Source of the DNA: Microcoleus sp.
GTDB lineage: Bacteria; Cyanobacteriota; Cyanobacteriia; Cyanobacteriales; Microcoleaceae
Length of the DNA stretch: 64,000 bases
NCBI GenBank assembly: GCA_042408215.1
Contig: JAYFMW010000020.1
Coordinates: 352,001-416,000, forward strand
Reading direction: 5' to 3'
The position numbers and the translations under genes are program-made. The notes under the pieces were generated by a model. That model was given only the letters and a program-made list of their open reading frames with translations, was not told the DNA's origin and made no database searches. Numbering within the stretch: the stretch's first letter is position 1; every line of letters starts with the position of its first letter. Below, in pieces: positions 22,161 through 32,556 of this stretch.

Positions 22161-22739
22161 TTAAAACAGCGAACACTTGCGCTTTAATGCTGCCCGCAAA
22201 AGAGTGTTATATTGTTTTTCCTTGACAGTATAAGCCCCGAATCTTTCGAGGTGGGGATTGTTCATTTGAGCATCGAAAAGCAGATAAGATCGATCGCGCA
22301 ATCTCTCTACCAACTTCACCATCGCCACCTTAGAACCCTCTGGAATTCGATAAAACATCGACTCGCCAATAAACGCGCCGTTGATCGACAATCCGAGAAT
22401 TCCCCCCGCCAGTTCATCCCCGCACCAAGTCTCAAAGCTGTAAGCCCAACCGGCCTCATACAAACCCCAGTAAATCTCCTTGAGCTCCTTAGAAATCCAA
22501 GTCGTTTCGCGATCGGCACAACCCTCAACCACCGCCCCAAAATCGCGGTTTACAGCCACCGAAAACCGATTTTGATTGATTTGACGGCGCAGCGATGTGG
22601 GATAGGTAAATCTCTCATCCAGGGGGATCAGCGCCCGTTGGCGGCTGGAATACCACCCCAAACTATCCTCGCCATCATTTGCCATCAAGAAGTAGCCTTG
22701 CGCGTATCCTTGTATAATTGTCGGTATATCATATTGCAT
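22161..22739 (-). CDS. aat: Leucyl/phenylalanyl-tRNA--protein transferase
   Basis: TWI, ELAGG, FIGESMF, SKVA, DAQ..NPHL..FG. Confidence 0.92.
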   Translation of the reverse strand: MQYDIPTIIQGYAQGYFLMANDGEDSLGWYSSRQRALIPLDERFTYPTSLRRQINQNRFSVAVNRDFGAVVEGCADRETTWISKELKEIYWGLYEAGWAYSFETWCGDELAGGILGLSINGAFIGESMFYRIPEGSKVAMVKLVERLRDRSYLLFDAQMNNPHLERFGAYTVKEKQYNTLLRAALKRKCSLF

Positions 22740-22808
22740 AAATTTATCAGTTGTTTGTCAGTTGACCGTTAACAGCCAACAATTACCAATGAGCAAATAG
22801 GAATAATC

Positions 22809-23138
22809 ATGTCAGAATCGATCGCACCTATTACTTTGCCGCCAGCCAAAAACCCAGAGCAAGAAGGCCAATGGCTCCAACAAACACTGCTCGCATGGCT
22901 TGACTCTGAGTTTATCCCAGAAGCAGCCAACGAGCAAATAGCCAAAAGAGCTACCCAAATCTACGTTCGCCAGCGCATGGAAGGCGAAAACGACGTGGGT
23001 AGCCTTGTAATTGCGATCGTCACCGAAATGCAAGCCTATGATTTTTCTAAAAGCTTCTACGGCGAATTTGCGATCGCCAACGCCGTCAGCGACTTATTAT
23101 TAGAAAGTCTCGGCATCGATAAATGCTGCGGCGAATGA
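22809..23138 (+). CDS. Conserved cyanobacterial hypothetical protein
   Basis: WLD.EF.PE, RQRMEGE, F..ANAV motifs; clean ORF. Confidence 0.75.
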   Translation: MSESIAPITLPPAKNPEQEGQWLQQTLLAWLDSEFIPEAANEQIAKRATQIYVRQRMEGENDVGSLVIAIVTEMQAYDFSKSFYGEFAIANAVSDLLLESLGIDKCCGE

Positions 23139-23357
23139 AGCAAGAAAGAGGAAAATTCAACTCAGAATTAGGAAACAAGAATAAACCCAAAACATAATCC
23201 TGCTGATTAATTGATTCTGAGTTTTTTCTTCTTTCTTCGTACCCTGAACGAAGTCGAAGGGCTTTCTTCCTTCTTCCTTCTTCTTTCTTCCCTCTTCCTT
23301 CTTTCTGATATCCGTTACATCGGTTACAAAATCCGTTGCCGAACTTCGTTCTTTCTA

Positions 23358-23660
23358 CTACCAGCTAGACTTAACTACACCGGGCAAAAGACCTTCGTGA
23401 GCCATTTCTCGAATCATGTTGCGAGACAAACCAAAATCCCGGTAGAAACCTCTCGGCCGACCAGTCGCCCAGCAGCGATTACGCAAACGAGTCCGGGAAC
23501 TGCTGCGGGGTAGCTGTTGCAGTTCGCGGTGAATCGCCATTTTTTCCATCTGATTCGCAGCTTGGTCGAACTGGTCTTTCAGGTCTGCGCGCTTGTCAGC
23601 GTACTTGTCTACGAGTGCTTGGCGCTTTTTTTCGCGCTCGACCATGCTCTTTTTAGCCAT
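23358..23660 (-). CDS. rpsN: 30S ribosomal protein S14
   Basis: [27 protein letters not shown]. Confidence 0.98.
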   Translation of the reverse strand: MAKKSMVEREKKRQALVDKYADKRADLKDQFDQAANQMEKMAIHRELQQLPRSSSRTRLRNRCWATGRPRGFYRDFGLSRNMIREMAHEGLLPGVVKSSW

Positions 23661-23748
23661 AATCTGTTGATATCCTTAGATAAATCACAATCTAGTATTT
23701 TACTATATTTTGGTCATTTTGGATGACTTTAGTTGGAAATATTTTTAT

Positions 23749-24043
23749 AAGAAATACCCTGAAAACCCTGCGACTTTAGTCCAGGGATGAAAGGGCGTTG
23801 CAGGATTTATCCTGCCTGCCCCATCTTGACAAACTGATTTTGGTTTGATAAAGTTGTTGAAACTTAGTTGGTGAAAAACCCGACAGTTGCAAGCCGTTAG
23901 GCACCAAAGTAGCCATAGACTCAGCCACTCGCTGTGTGGGTAGTGGGTATCTGACTTACCCTTTAAGAACCGAAGTTTGGGCGGATTCATCCCCCAAAGT
24001 TTGTCCTTAAGAATCCCCGCGTCTTCAGACCGGGGAGTGTCAA
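23749..24043 (+). mobile_element. Non-autonomous IS200/IS605 (IS1341-like) mini-element
   Basis: Preceded by TTTAT; left hairpin CCCTG-CGACTTTAGTC-CAGGG; right end GAATCCCCGCGTCTTCAGACCGGGGAGTGTCAA; no transposase. Confidence 0.72.
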
Positions 24044-24210
24044 TTGTACAGAACAACCTATCTCATTTTTAGGGTGCGTCAGCTAAGATTGTGCGATCGA
24101 CAGTTGCTAGCCTTGGAACTGATATCGTTTACGGTTGTTTATGAATGATTTTACCGCAGAGAACGCAGAGAACGCAGAGGAAGAGAAGAGAGATATGCAT
24201 AATTCCGACC

Positions 24211-24858
24211 CTAGGAAGCATTAGCAGAAGGGCATAAATCTGCAAGCTCACAAAGCTCACAAGCCGGATTTCTCGCATTACAAACCGCTCTCCCGTGATA
24301 CACCAGCCGAATTGACCAATTTTCCCAATCATGCTGCGGCAATAATAGCATCAAGTCTCGCTCAATCCGAATTGGATCTGGATGTTTAGTCAATCCCAAC
24401 CGCTGACTCAATCGTTTGACGTGAGTATCAACTGTCACGCCCATATGAATTCCAAAAGCGTGAGCGAGAACCACATTAGCGGTTTTGCGGGCAACTCCGG
24501 GCAATTCTAGCAGCAATTCCATTGTCTGTGGCACTTGATTATTGAATTTATTTGCGATCGCCCAACAAGTACCTTTAATATTTTTAGCTTTATTGCGATA
24601 GAAACCAGTCGATCGCACTAGACTTTCTAGTTCTTCTAAATCTGCATTTCCCAAAGCAACCGCATCGGGAAAACGCTTAAATAAAGCGGGTGTTACCAGA
24701 TTAACTCGCGCGTCTGTGCATTGAGCTGAGAGAATTGTCGCCACGAGCAACTGCACAGGAGTTTCGTAATCGAGAGTGCAGGGAGCATCGGGATAGAGGC
24801 GTTTGAGGCGAATCAAGATTTCGTGCGATCGCTGTTTCACACTTAACTTTTTAGTCAT
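24211..24858 (-). CDS. nth: Endonuclease III
   Basis: LSAQCTD, HhH LPGVARKTANV, VDTHV, C-x6-C-x2-C-x5-C. Confidence 0.97.
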   Translation of the reverse strand: MTKKLSVKQRSHEILIRLKRLYPDAPCTLDYETPVQLLVATILSAQCTDARVNLVTPALFKRFPDAVALGNADLEELESLVRSTGFYRNKAKNIKGTCWAIANKFNNQVPQTMELLLELPGVARKTANVVLAHAFGIHMGVTVDTHVKRLSQRLGLTKHPDPIRIERDLMLLLPQHDWENWSIRLVYHGRAVCNARNPACELCELADLCPSANAS

Positions 24859-24928
24859 TAGTCATTAGTCATTAGTCATTAGTCATTAGTTATTAGTTAT
24901 TAGTCATTAGTTATTAGTCATCAGTCAT

Positions 24929-25666
24929 TTACAACTGATTGGGGTCAATTCCCATTTCGCGGAGTCGAGCTTCTAAAGCTTGCGATCGCGATCGTTCTCT
25001 TTCCAGCAAAGTTTCTGCCTGTTCAGCCCTTTGCCGTTCTTGTTCAGCCCTTTGCTGTTCTTGTTCGACTCTTGATTCTGCTTGCTCTCGCAGTTGAGCG
25101 AGTTCCACAAAACTTACAAACGGTGCTCCGTCAGGCCCGAATATTTGTAGTTCGGTTTCTGATAGTTGAAACCGCACTCCTAGTCTGGGACTTACCCAAC
25201 CGTCCGCCGATTCTACAGCTTCTAATTCTTGCTCTCGACGCTGCCATATAGTTAAATCCATTTTTTCTGGGTTGTACAAGTAATATTCTTCCACGCCGTA
25301 GTGTTCGTAAAATTTGAATTTTTGAATCATCGGAGTTAGACGGTTTCCCGGCGACAAAATTTCAAACACGACTTGCGGCGGAATGTTATCTTCGTTCCAC
25401 TGTTGGTAGGAACCTCGATATTTTTTTGGTCTTCCGAAGGCTACCATCACATCTGGCGCTTGAGAAAGTTTGTTATTTCCTTCTCTTGGATACCACAGTA
25501 AGTTTCCGGCTACAAAAACATCAGCAACGCTCGCAAATAATAGTTCTAAGTTTTCCTTAATCCACACGATTAATCGAAACTGTTCGGTATTGTCTGACAT
25601 TGGTTCTCCGTTGTCATCTGGGTAGATAATCTTTGACTTGTCGGGAGATTGCAGTTGTGTAACCAT
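24929..25666 (-). CDS. Uma2 family endonuclease (DUF820)
   Basis: YPDDNGEPMSD, APDV, VFEILSP, YGVEEYY; start uncertain (25666 or 25708). Confidence 0.88.
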   Translation of the reverse strand: MVTQLQSPDKSKIIYPDDNGEPMSDNTEQFRLIVWIKENLELLFASVADVFVAGNLLWYPREGNNKLSQAPDVMVAFGRPKKYRGSYQQWNEDNIPPQVVFEILSPGNRLTPMIQKFKFYEHYGVEEYYLYNPEKMDLTIWQRREQELEAVESADGWVSPRLGVRFQLSETELQIFGPDGAPFVSFVELAQLREQAESRVEQEQQRAEQERQRAEQAETLLERERSRSQALEARLREMGIDPNQL

Positions 25667-25771
25667 TGCTGTTTTTCCCAAATTGGCTGGTGGATCTATA
25701 TTAGTCATAAGTCATAAGTGATGTAATGACTAATGACTAATGACTAATGACTAATGACTAATGACTGCTGA

Positions 25772-26887
25772 CTATTGCTGCTGCAAAAGATTTTTCATCA
25801 AATCTATCCCAGCCAAATTAGCTGTATCCCTAATAATCAAGAAAATTCCCAAACCCAGCAACAGCACCAAACCAGTCTGCATGACATTTTCCTGAAAGCG
25901 GTTCGGCAAAGGTTTACCCCGCACTCCTTCGATTAACAGAAAAGCTAGCTGGCCGCCATCCAAAGCAGGTAAAGGCAAGATATTAATCACAGCCAAATTG
26001 ATGCTAATTAGCGCCGCAAACTGAAACAAATTCCCTGCATCCGATCGCGCAATCCCTGCACCAATCGCTACAATAGCCACCGGGCCAGACAACTGTGAGG
26101 CGGTTTTGCTGAAATTGCTAACTAACTGACCGAAACCTTGAAATGTCAACTTGACAATTCGCTCAAATTCTGTAGCGGCGTTGCTAAACGCCTCGACAAT
26201 ATTTCCCGCCCGTTGTCGGACGACGGTACCGTTAGAACTAAGTTGTACGCCGATGCGGCCTTTGCCATCCGGGGCCAATTCTGGAGTTACTGTGAGAGCA
26301 ATTTTTTGCTCTTGGCGCTGAATTTCCATCAACAGCGGTTGATTGGGATGGTTTTGAATTTGGGCGACTAGGGATTTGACTGCTTCGCGGGAAGCCCCCA
26401 ATTCTTGACCGTTAACGGACAGAACGATGTCTCCCGATTTAATTCCGGCTTTTGCCGCCGCTGAACTAACTTCCATCGCTACTTCTGGGACTCGAACTCC
26501 TGGTAGGTAGTTCATGGACGGGGCACCGATAGTTGCCAATTGCACCACTAGCAGGAAGTAAGCAAAAATTAAATTGGCAATCACCCCTGCACTAATCACG
26601 ATCGCCCGATCGATCACGGGGCGATTTCTGAGCAAATTCGGGTCATTGGGCGGGATAGTCGTGTCCGGGTCATCATCGGGGAAACCCACGAAACCTCCCA
26701 GGGGAAAGGCCCGGAGGGCATATTCGGTTTCCGGGCCCTGATATTTCCAGAGGATGGGCCCGAAGCCGATGGAAAAGCGGTTGACGTGGATGTTTTGAAG
26801 TCTCGCCGCCAGGAAGTGGCCGAGTTCGTGAACGACAATCAGAAGACCTAAAACTGCGATCGCTGCCAAAGCTGCCAAAACTGACAT
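25772..26887 (-). CDS. rseP: RIP metalloprotease RseP (M50, PDZ)
   Basis: HELGH, FSIGFG, PDZ, NILPLPALDGG. Confidence 0.95.
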   Translation of the reverse strand: MSVLAALAAIAVLGLLIVVHELGHFLAARLQNIHVNRFSIGFGPILWKYQGPETEYALRAFPLGGFVGFPDDDPDTTIPPNDPNLLRNRPVIDRAIVISAGVIANLIFAYFLLVVQLATIGAPSMNYLPGVRVPEVAMEVSSAAAKAGIKSGDIVLSVNGQELGASREAVKSLVAQIQNHPNQPLLMEIQRQEQKIALTVTPELAPDGKGRIGVQLSSNGTVVRQRAGNIVEAFSNAATEFERIVKLTFQGFGQLVSNFSKTASQLSGPVAIVAIGAGIARSDAGNLFQFAALISINLAVINILPLPALDGGQLAFLLIEGVRGKPLPNRFQENVMQTGLVLLLGLGIFLIIRDTANLAGIDLMKNLLQQQ

Positions 26888-27198
26888 GAAGGATTCCAGT
26901 GAAATTGTGATGTGACTTTGATTTATTTTAATATCTTTTTAAGATAGGTGGCTTCGGAGCGACAATTTTCGGTCAAACTGGAAGGAAGATGACATTTTAG
27001 GCTCAAGTCCAGCCCGGTGCGCGATGGCTGGTGTCGATTTTGGTCAAAGGCGCGATCGACACTACCAAACTAAACATTAGTTAGTTGTTATCTGTTATTT
27101 GTTATTTGTTAGTTATAATAACTAATCACCCATTCCCCATTCCCCATTCCCCATTCCCCATTCCCCATTCCCCATTCCCCATTCCCCATTCCCAATTT

Positions 27199-27876
27199 AT
27201 GAAAGAAACTTCTTTAAATACGATCGCTATTTCTATCTTCGCCATCACGGTTTCAATATTGTTAGGGCCTGTAATTAACTTGCCCCAGACCGTACCTGCG
27301 ATCGCCACTTTTTGCCTGTTAGGGCTAGCCACCTTAGACAGTTTCCAGTGGCAAGGTCAAGGCGGCAGTATTTTGTTGGATTGGCTGGCAGGAACTTCTA
27401 GGGAAAAGCGCGATCGAATCCTCCATCACGAAGCCGGACACTTCCTAGTCGCGCACCTATTAGGAATTCCCGTAACCAGCTATGCCCTCAACGCTTGGGA
27501 AGCATTTAAACAAGGCCAATCAGCCCAAGGGGGCGTTCGATTTGCAGACAAAAAATTAGCATATCAACTCCAAAGTGGCACTCTTTCCGCCCAACTTTTA
27601 GACCAATACTGCACCGTTTGGATGGCCGGAATAGTCGCCGAAAAAATTGTTTATGGCAATGCCGAAGGAGGAGCAGAAGACCTCACTAAAATCAAGGCAA
27701 TTTTAACACAACTGCGGCGGCCAAGTTCCGAAATTCAACTTAAACAAAACTGGGGTTCCCTCCAAGCAAAAAACTTAATTGAAAGCCATAAATTAGCTTA
27801 CGAATCCCTAGTCGCAGCAATGGCAGAAAGGGCAACCGTAGATGAATGTTGTGAGATTATACAGCAAAATTTGTAG
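27199..27876 (+). CDS. Peptidase M41-like Zn-protease domain membrane protein
   Basis: HEAGH, MAG..AE, GG.ED; upstream ORF extension is CCCCATT STRR. Confidence 0.78.
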   Translation: MKETSLNTIAISIFAITVSILLGPVINLPQTVPAIATFCLLGLATLDSFQWQGQGGSILLDWLAGTSREKRDRILHHEAGHFLVAHLLGIPVTSYALNAWEAFKQGQSAQGGVRFADKKLAYQLQSGTLSAQLLDQYCTVWMAGIVAEKIVYGNAEGGAEDLTKIKAILTQLRRPSSEIQLKQNWGSLQAKNLIESHKLAYESLVAAMAERATVDECCEIIQQNL

Positions 27877-27901
27877 TATTAAAAAGTAAGGGAATTATGC
27901 C

Positions 27902-28459
27902 ATGACTGTAACAGATGTACGCTTGTGGACTGTAACTGAATACCATCGCATGAGCGAAACTGGGATTCTCAATCCCGATGAACGAGTGGAATTAATTGAC
28001 GGGCAAATTATTTCAATGAGTGCCAAAAATCCTCCCCACGCAGCAACTAATCTCTGTGCGGCAGACTATCTCAGAAATCTGTTAACAGGACTTGCTTTAA
28101 TTCGCATCCAAGATCCGATCGCCCTAAGTTATAATTCACAACCAGAACCAGATATTGCTGTAGTGCAAATTGACTCCCGATTCTACCAAGATTTTCACCC
28201 CGCACCCGCTAACATTTTCTTATTAATAGAAATAGCTGACACGACTTTAGAAACAGACCGCAAGCGAAAAGCGCCAGCTTATGCTAAGGCGGGAATTATT
28301 GATTATTGGATACTTGATGTTAACAGGTGGCAAGTTTATGTCTTTCGCGAACCGCACGAGGGAAACTACCGACAAGAAACAGTATTTAATCAAGATGATG
28401 TTTTGTCAATGCTGGCATTTCCCGAAATAGAAGTTCAGATTTCGCAACTGTTTCCTTAA
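27902..28459 (+). CDS. Uma2 family endonuclease (DUF820)
   Basis: ELIDG, PEPD, LIEIAD, YAKAGI.DYW. Confidence 0.9.
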   Translation: MTVTDVRLWTVTEYHRMSETGILNPDERVELIDGQIISMSAKNPPHAATNLCAADYLRNLLTGLALIRIQDPIALSYNSQPEPDIAVVQIDSRFYQDFHPAPANIFLLIEIADTTLETDRKRKAPAYAKAGIIDYWILDVNRWQVYVFREPHEGNYRQETVFNQDDVLSMLAFPEIEVQISQLFP

Positions 28460-28835
28460 GTCTGTTTCCTTAAGTCTGTAGGGGCGGGTTTTACCAACAA
28501 TCTCGGCCTAAGACCCATAATATAGTAAACCCGCCCCTCCCGATGGTAAATTGAAATGTACGTGCTGTGCGATCGATCGAGAAAGGTTGGCAGTAGCGAT
28601 TGACTGTGGGGGGCGGGTTTATCGATATCTTGAATTACCGATCGATATTTCGGGTAAAACCCGCCCCTACAAACCAATCAATTACTCATTACCCATTACC
28701 AATTCCCAATTACCAATTCCCAAATTTTCAGGATCATCTCGATCGCGGAGCGTAAATTTAGGATTAAAGCAAACAGCAAGTTATACTTCTACTACAAAGC
28801 CCCCCATTTGCAAAATAACCCCGAAATCAAAGTTT

Positions 28836-30260
28836 ATGAGCAACTCTTCCCCTCCTCCCCCAGACTCGAACAACCCCGCACCACAAAAACTCAGCTTCTC
28901 GACAAAATTAGCTTACGGTGCCGGCGATCTCGGCCCAGCCATCACTGCGAATGTTCTGGTATTTTACCTACTATTATTTTTTACCAGTGTCGCCGGTTTG
29001 TCTCCTGGTACTGCTAGCAATATTTTGCTGATTGGTAAGGTTTGGGATGCTATAAATGACCCGATTGTGGGGGTATTGAGCGATCGCACTTCTCACCCCT
29101 GGGGCCGCCGATATCCTTGGATGGTATACGGCGCAATTCCTTTCGGTATCTTCTTCTTTTTGCAGTGGATTGTTCCCAGCACAAATCCAACGGTACTGTT
29201 TTGGTACTATGTAATTATCGCCATTCTATTCAACACCGCTTACACGGCTGTCAATCTTCCCTACACAGCCCTGACTCCAGAACTTACTCAAGACTACAAC
29301 GAACGCACTAGCCTGAATAGTTTTCGGTTCGCTTTCTCGATCGGTGGCAGCATTTTGTCATTGATTTTAGCACGAATTATCTTTGAATTAGTTAAAGATA
29401 ATACCCAAAAATATTTAGTATTAGGTGCAATCTGTACAGTAATTTCAGTATTGCCTTTATATTGGTGCTTTTTGGGAACCCGCAAACACGTCTTATCTCA
29501 ATTACAAGAAAATCCAGTAGAAGATAATTCAACTTCCTTACCGCTGAAAGAACAGTTGCGGATTGCTTTTAACAATCGCCCTTTTTTGTATGTAATTGGC
29601 ATTTATCTCTGTTCTTGGCTGGGAGTCCAATTAACAGCTTCTATTTTGCCTTATTTTGTGATCGACTGGATGAAACTACCGGAAAAAACTTTTCCTCAAA
29701 CTGCGATCGCAGTTCAAGGTACTGCACTAGCCATGCTATTTGTTTGGAGTAGAGTTAGCGAGAGATACGGCAAAAAAGCCGTATATTTTATGGGCATGAG
29801 TTTGTGGATTATCGCCCAAGCTGGACTGTTTTTCCTGCAACCAGGACAAGTAACATTGATGTATATCCTCGCAGTCATGGCTGGTGTGGGAGTTTCCACT
29901 GCTTATTTAGTACCTTGGTCGATGATACCGGATGTGATTGAACTCGACGAACTGCAAACTGGACAAAGACGCGAAGGTGTGTTCTATTCGTTTATGGTGT
30001 TGCTGCAAAAAATCGGGTTGGCGCTGGGTTTGTGGTTTGTAGGACAAGCTTTAGAAGTAGCTGGATTTCTCCCTACAATTCAGGGACAAGCGCCACCTGT
30101 ACAGCCCGATTCTGCACTGTTTGCGATTCGAGTTGCGATCGGGCCACTGCCCACAATTGCTTTAAGTTGCGGCATGATTTTAACATATTTTTATCCGATT
30201 ACTCGCGAAGTTCATGCAGAAATATTGCTGAAACTCAGAGAAAAGAAAGCAGGCAATTAA
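28836..30260 (+). CDS. MFS transporter, GPH/MelB (MFS_2) family
   Basis: KLAYGAGD, WDAINDP, WGRR, PYTAL, RREG. Confidence 0.9.
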   Translation: MSNSSPPPPDSNNPAPQKLSFSTKLAYGAGDLGPAITANVLVFYLLLFFTSVAGLSPGTASNILLIGKVWDAINDPIVGVLSDRTSHPWGRRYPWMVYGAIPFGIFFFLQWIVPSTNPTVLFWYYVIIAILFNTAYTAVNLPYTALTPELTQDYNERTSLNSFRFAFSIGGSILSLILARIIFELVKDNTQKYLVLGAICTVISVLPLYWCFLGTRKHVLSQLQENPVEDNSTSLPLKEQLRIAFNNRPFLYVIGIYLCSWLGVQLTASILPYFVIDWMKLPEKTFPQTAIAVQGTALAMLFVWSRVSERYGKKAVYFMGMSLWIIAQAGLFFLQPGQVTLMYILAVMAGVGVSTAYLVPWSMIPDVIELDELQTGQRREGVFYSFMVLLQKIGLALGLWFVGQALEVAGFLPTIQGQAPPVQPDSALFAIRVAIGPLPTIALSCGMILTYFYPITREVHAEILLKLREKKAGN

Positions 30261-30383
30261 ATTGGCGATACCAAATAAAAATAGACCTAATTCCTGTAGG
30301 GGCGGGTTCACCAAAATCTCTAAAACAAGTGATAGATTTAGTAAACCCGCCCCGGCGAGATTATAATCAACCGAGGTGCTTAA

Positions 30384-31673
30384 ATGTCTAAAATAGAAGG
30401 CTTTAGGGTAAAAAATTACAGAGTTCTTCGCGATATCACCTTGGGGAAACTGTGGAACACGCAGAATGCGAGATCGCTAACGCCTATGACAGCCGTCATC
30501 GGTAAAAATGGTGTTGGGAAAAGTACGATTTTCGACACTTTTGGCTTTCTTGCAGACTGCTTAAAATTGGGACTGGAGGAAGCCTGCGATTCTCGTAGTC
30601 GTGGAGGCTTTGAGAGAATTCGTTCCCAAGGACAAGAGGGAAGCATTGAGTTTGAAATCTACTATAAAGAGGATGGTAATGCTCGACCAATTACCTATGA
30701 GTTGGCAATAGATATTGACTCCTATGGAAGACCATATGTCAAGAGGGAAAGACTCAGACAAAGGAGAAAAGGACAAAACAGAGGACAACCCTTTTCTTTT
30801 CTGATTCTCAATGAAGGAAGGGGAATAGCATGGAAAGGTGAAGAAGTTGGCAATAAAAAAATTGAGGAAGAACGAGAACAACTGGATTTATTAATAAGCA
30901 AAATACAGATAGGTGAGGCGGAAGAGGAAAGTAAAGAAACTGAATTAGTCGAACTTGACGACAAACGCAAACTTGGTATCGCCACTTTGGGGTCACTCAA
31001 ACAACATCCCAGAATTTCAGCGTTTCGGAGATTTATTGAAGGATGGTATCTCAGCTATTTCACGCCAGATGCTGCACGGAGTTTGCCTCTGGCTGGCCCA
31101 CAAAAACATCTGAATATTCATGGGGATAATCTAGGAAATGTAGTTCAGTTTATGGAGAGAGAGCATCCCAAAAAGTTTAAATCCATCCTTGAAAAAATTT
31201 CTGGCAAAATTCCAGGTTTGAACAGGATTAGCACCGAGAAAAGCCCAGACGGAAGACTTCTCCTGCGTTTCAACGATCGGGGATTTCAAGATCCATTTTA
31301 TGCTCAACAAATGTCAGACGGAACACTAAAGGTATTCGCCTATCTCCTCCTTTTGGAAGATCCATCACCACCACCATTTTTTTGCATTGAGGAGCCAGAA
31401 AATGGACTTTATCATAAACTTTTAGAGACTCTGGCGCAAGAATTTAGATCGCACGCGACAGGTCACAAGGGCGGTTCTCAAGTCTTTATTACAACACATC
31501 AACCCTATTTTGTAGATGCCCTTGAACCTGAAGAGGTTTGGGTTCTTGAGAAGGGAGAGGATGGGTTTTCTACTATTAAACGAGCTAGTGAAGATCCTCT
31601 GATCGAGAACCTGGTTTCTGAAGGCTTGCCCCTGGGTGGACTTTGGTACAGTGACTACCTGGATGCAAGGTGA
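30384..31673 (+). CDS. ABC-type AAA ATPase (AAA_21/AAA_15-like)
   Basis: Walker A GKNGVGKS, signature MSDG, Walker B IEEPENGL, TTH. Confidence 0.9.
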   Translation: MSKIEGFRVKNYRVLRDITLGKLWNTQNARSLTPMTAVIGKNGVGKSTIFDTFGFLADCLKLGLEEACDSRSRGGFERIRSQGQEGSIEFEIYYKEDGNARPITYELAIDIDSYGRPYVKRERLRQRRKGQNRGQPFSFLILNEGRGIAWKGEEVGNKKIEEEREQLDLLISKIQIGEAEEESKETELVELDDKRKLGIATLGSLKQHPRISAFRRFIEGWYLSYFTPDAARSLPLAGPQKHLNIHGDNLGNVVQFMEREHPKKFKSILEKISGKIPGLNRISTEKSPDGRLLLRFNDRGFQDPFYAQQMSDGTLKVFAYLLLLEDPSPPPFFCIEEPENGLYHKLLETLAQEFRSHATGHKGGSQVFITTHQPYFVDALEPEEVWVLEKGEDGFSTIKRASEDPLIENLVSEGLPLGGLWYSDYLDAR

Positions 31674-31677
31674 GTAT

Positions 31678-32340
31678 ATGCACTTTGAGATACTGATTGA
31701 GGATATTTCCGGTAAAACTGCTCTTGAAATTCTGATCCCGAAGATTATTGGCACTGAACATACATTTAATGTCCACTCGTACAAAGGAATAGGGCATATT
31801 CCCAAAGGGCTAAAATCTGCTTCTGATGCCAAAAAGCGCATTTTACTTGACCAACTCCCGCGACTTGTTAAAGGCTATGGCAATAAATTTGCCAGCTATC
31901 CCTCCGATTATCCTGCTGTTCTGATTGTCATTTGCGATTTGGACGATCGATGTTTGAATGCTTTTCGCAAAGAATTACTGGATTGTGTGGATAAGTGTCA
32001 TCCTAAACCAGATACGCACTTCTGTATTGCGATCGAGGAAGGAGAATCATGGTACTTAGGTGACTTAGCAGCAGTGAAGGCAGCTTATCCAAGTGCAAAA
32101 GATGCAGTTCTAAATTCGTACAGCAATGACAGTATCTGTAACAGATGGGAGAAATTAGCCGACGCGGTGTTTGCCGGTGGTGCTATAAAATTGTCTAAAC
32201 TTGGTTGGTAAGCGATTGGTAAAGAAAAGGCGAGTTGGGCGCAAAAAAGATCTCCCCTCATGGAAGTGGACAGGAATTTATCACCAAGTTTTTGCTATTT
32301 TCGAGATCGGCTTCGACGTTTTAGCGGAAAGAAAAGCTAA
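31678..32340 (+). pseudogene. DUF4276-like (TOPRIM-like) protein with premature TAA
   Basis: LIED, DLD, EGESWYLGD; TAA at 32209-32211, after which the frame continues AIGKEKASWA...NLSPSFCYF to TAA 32340. Confidence 0.78.
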
Positions 32341-32556
32341 AGATCTTCTACATCTTGAGTCACGTTCTTCTGAAGGATATTCAATTTACCAATTCCTCAT
32401 CCTGCTGATACCAGTTTTTTATGAGGCCCCGTAGAATCTGATCCCCCCTAACCCCCCTTAATAAGGGGGGAACAAGATTCTGCTCAAAGTCAACCCCTAC
32501 TCACACCCTACTCCCCTTATTAAGGGGGATTTAGGGGGATCGAGATATATGCAACT

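Noticed and set aside
27085..27198. N-terminal ORF extensions such as PFPIPHS repeats (also 28551, 58100, 61060)
   Set aside because: Translations of STRR/REP DNA upstream of the real starts
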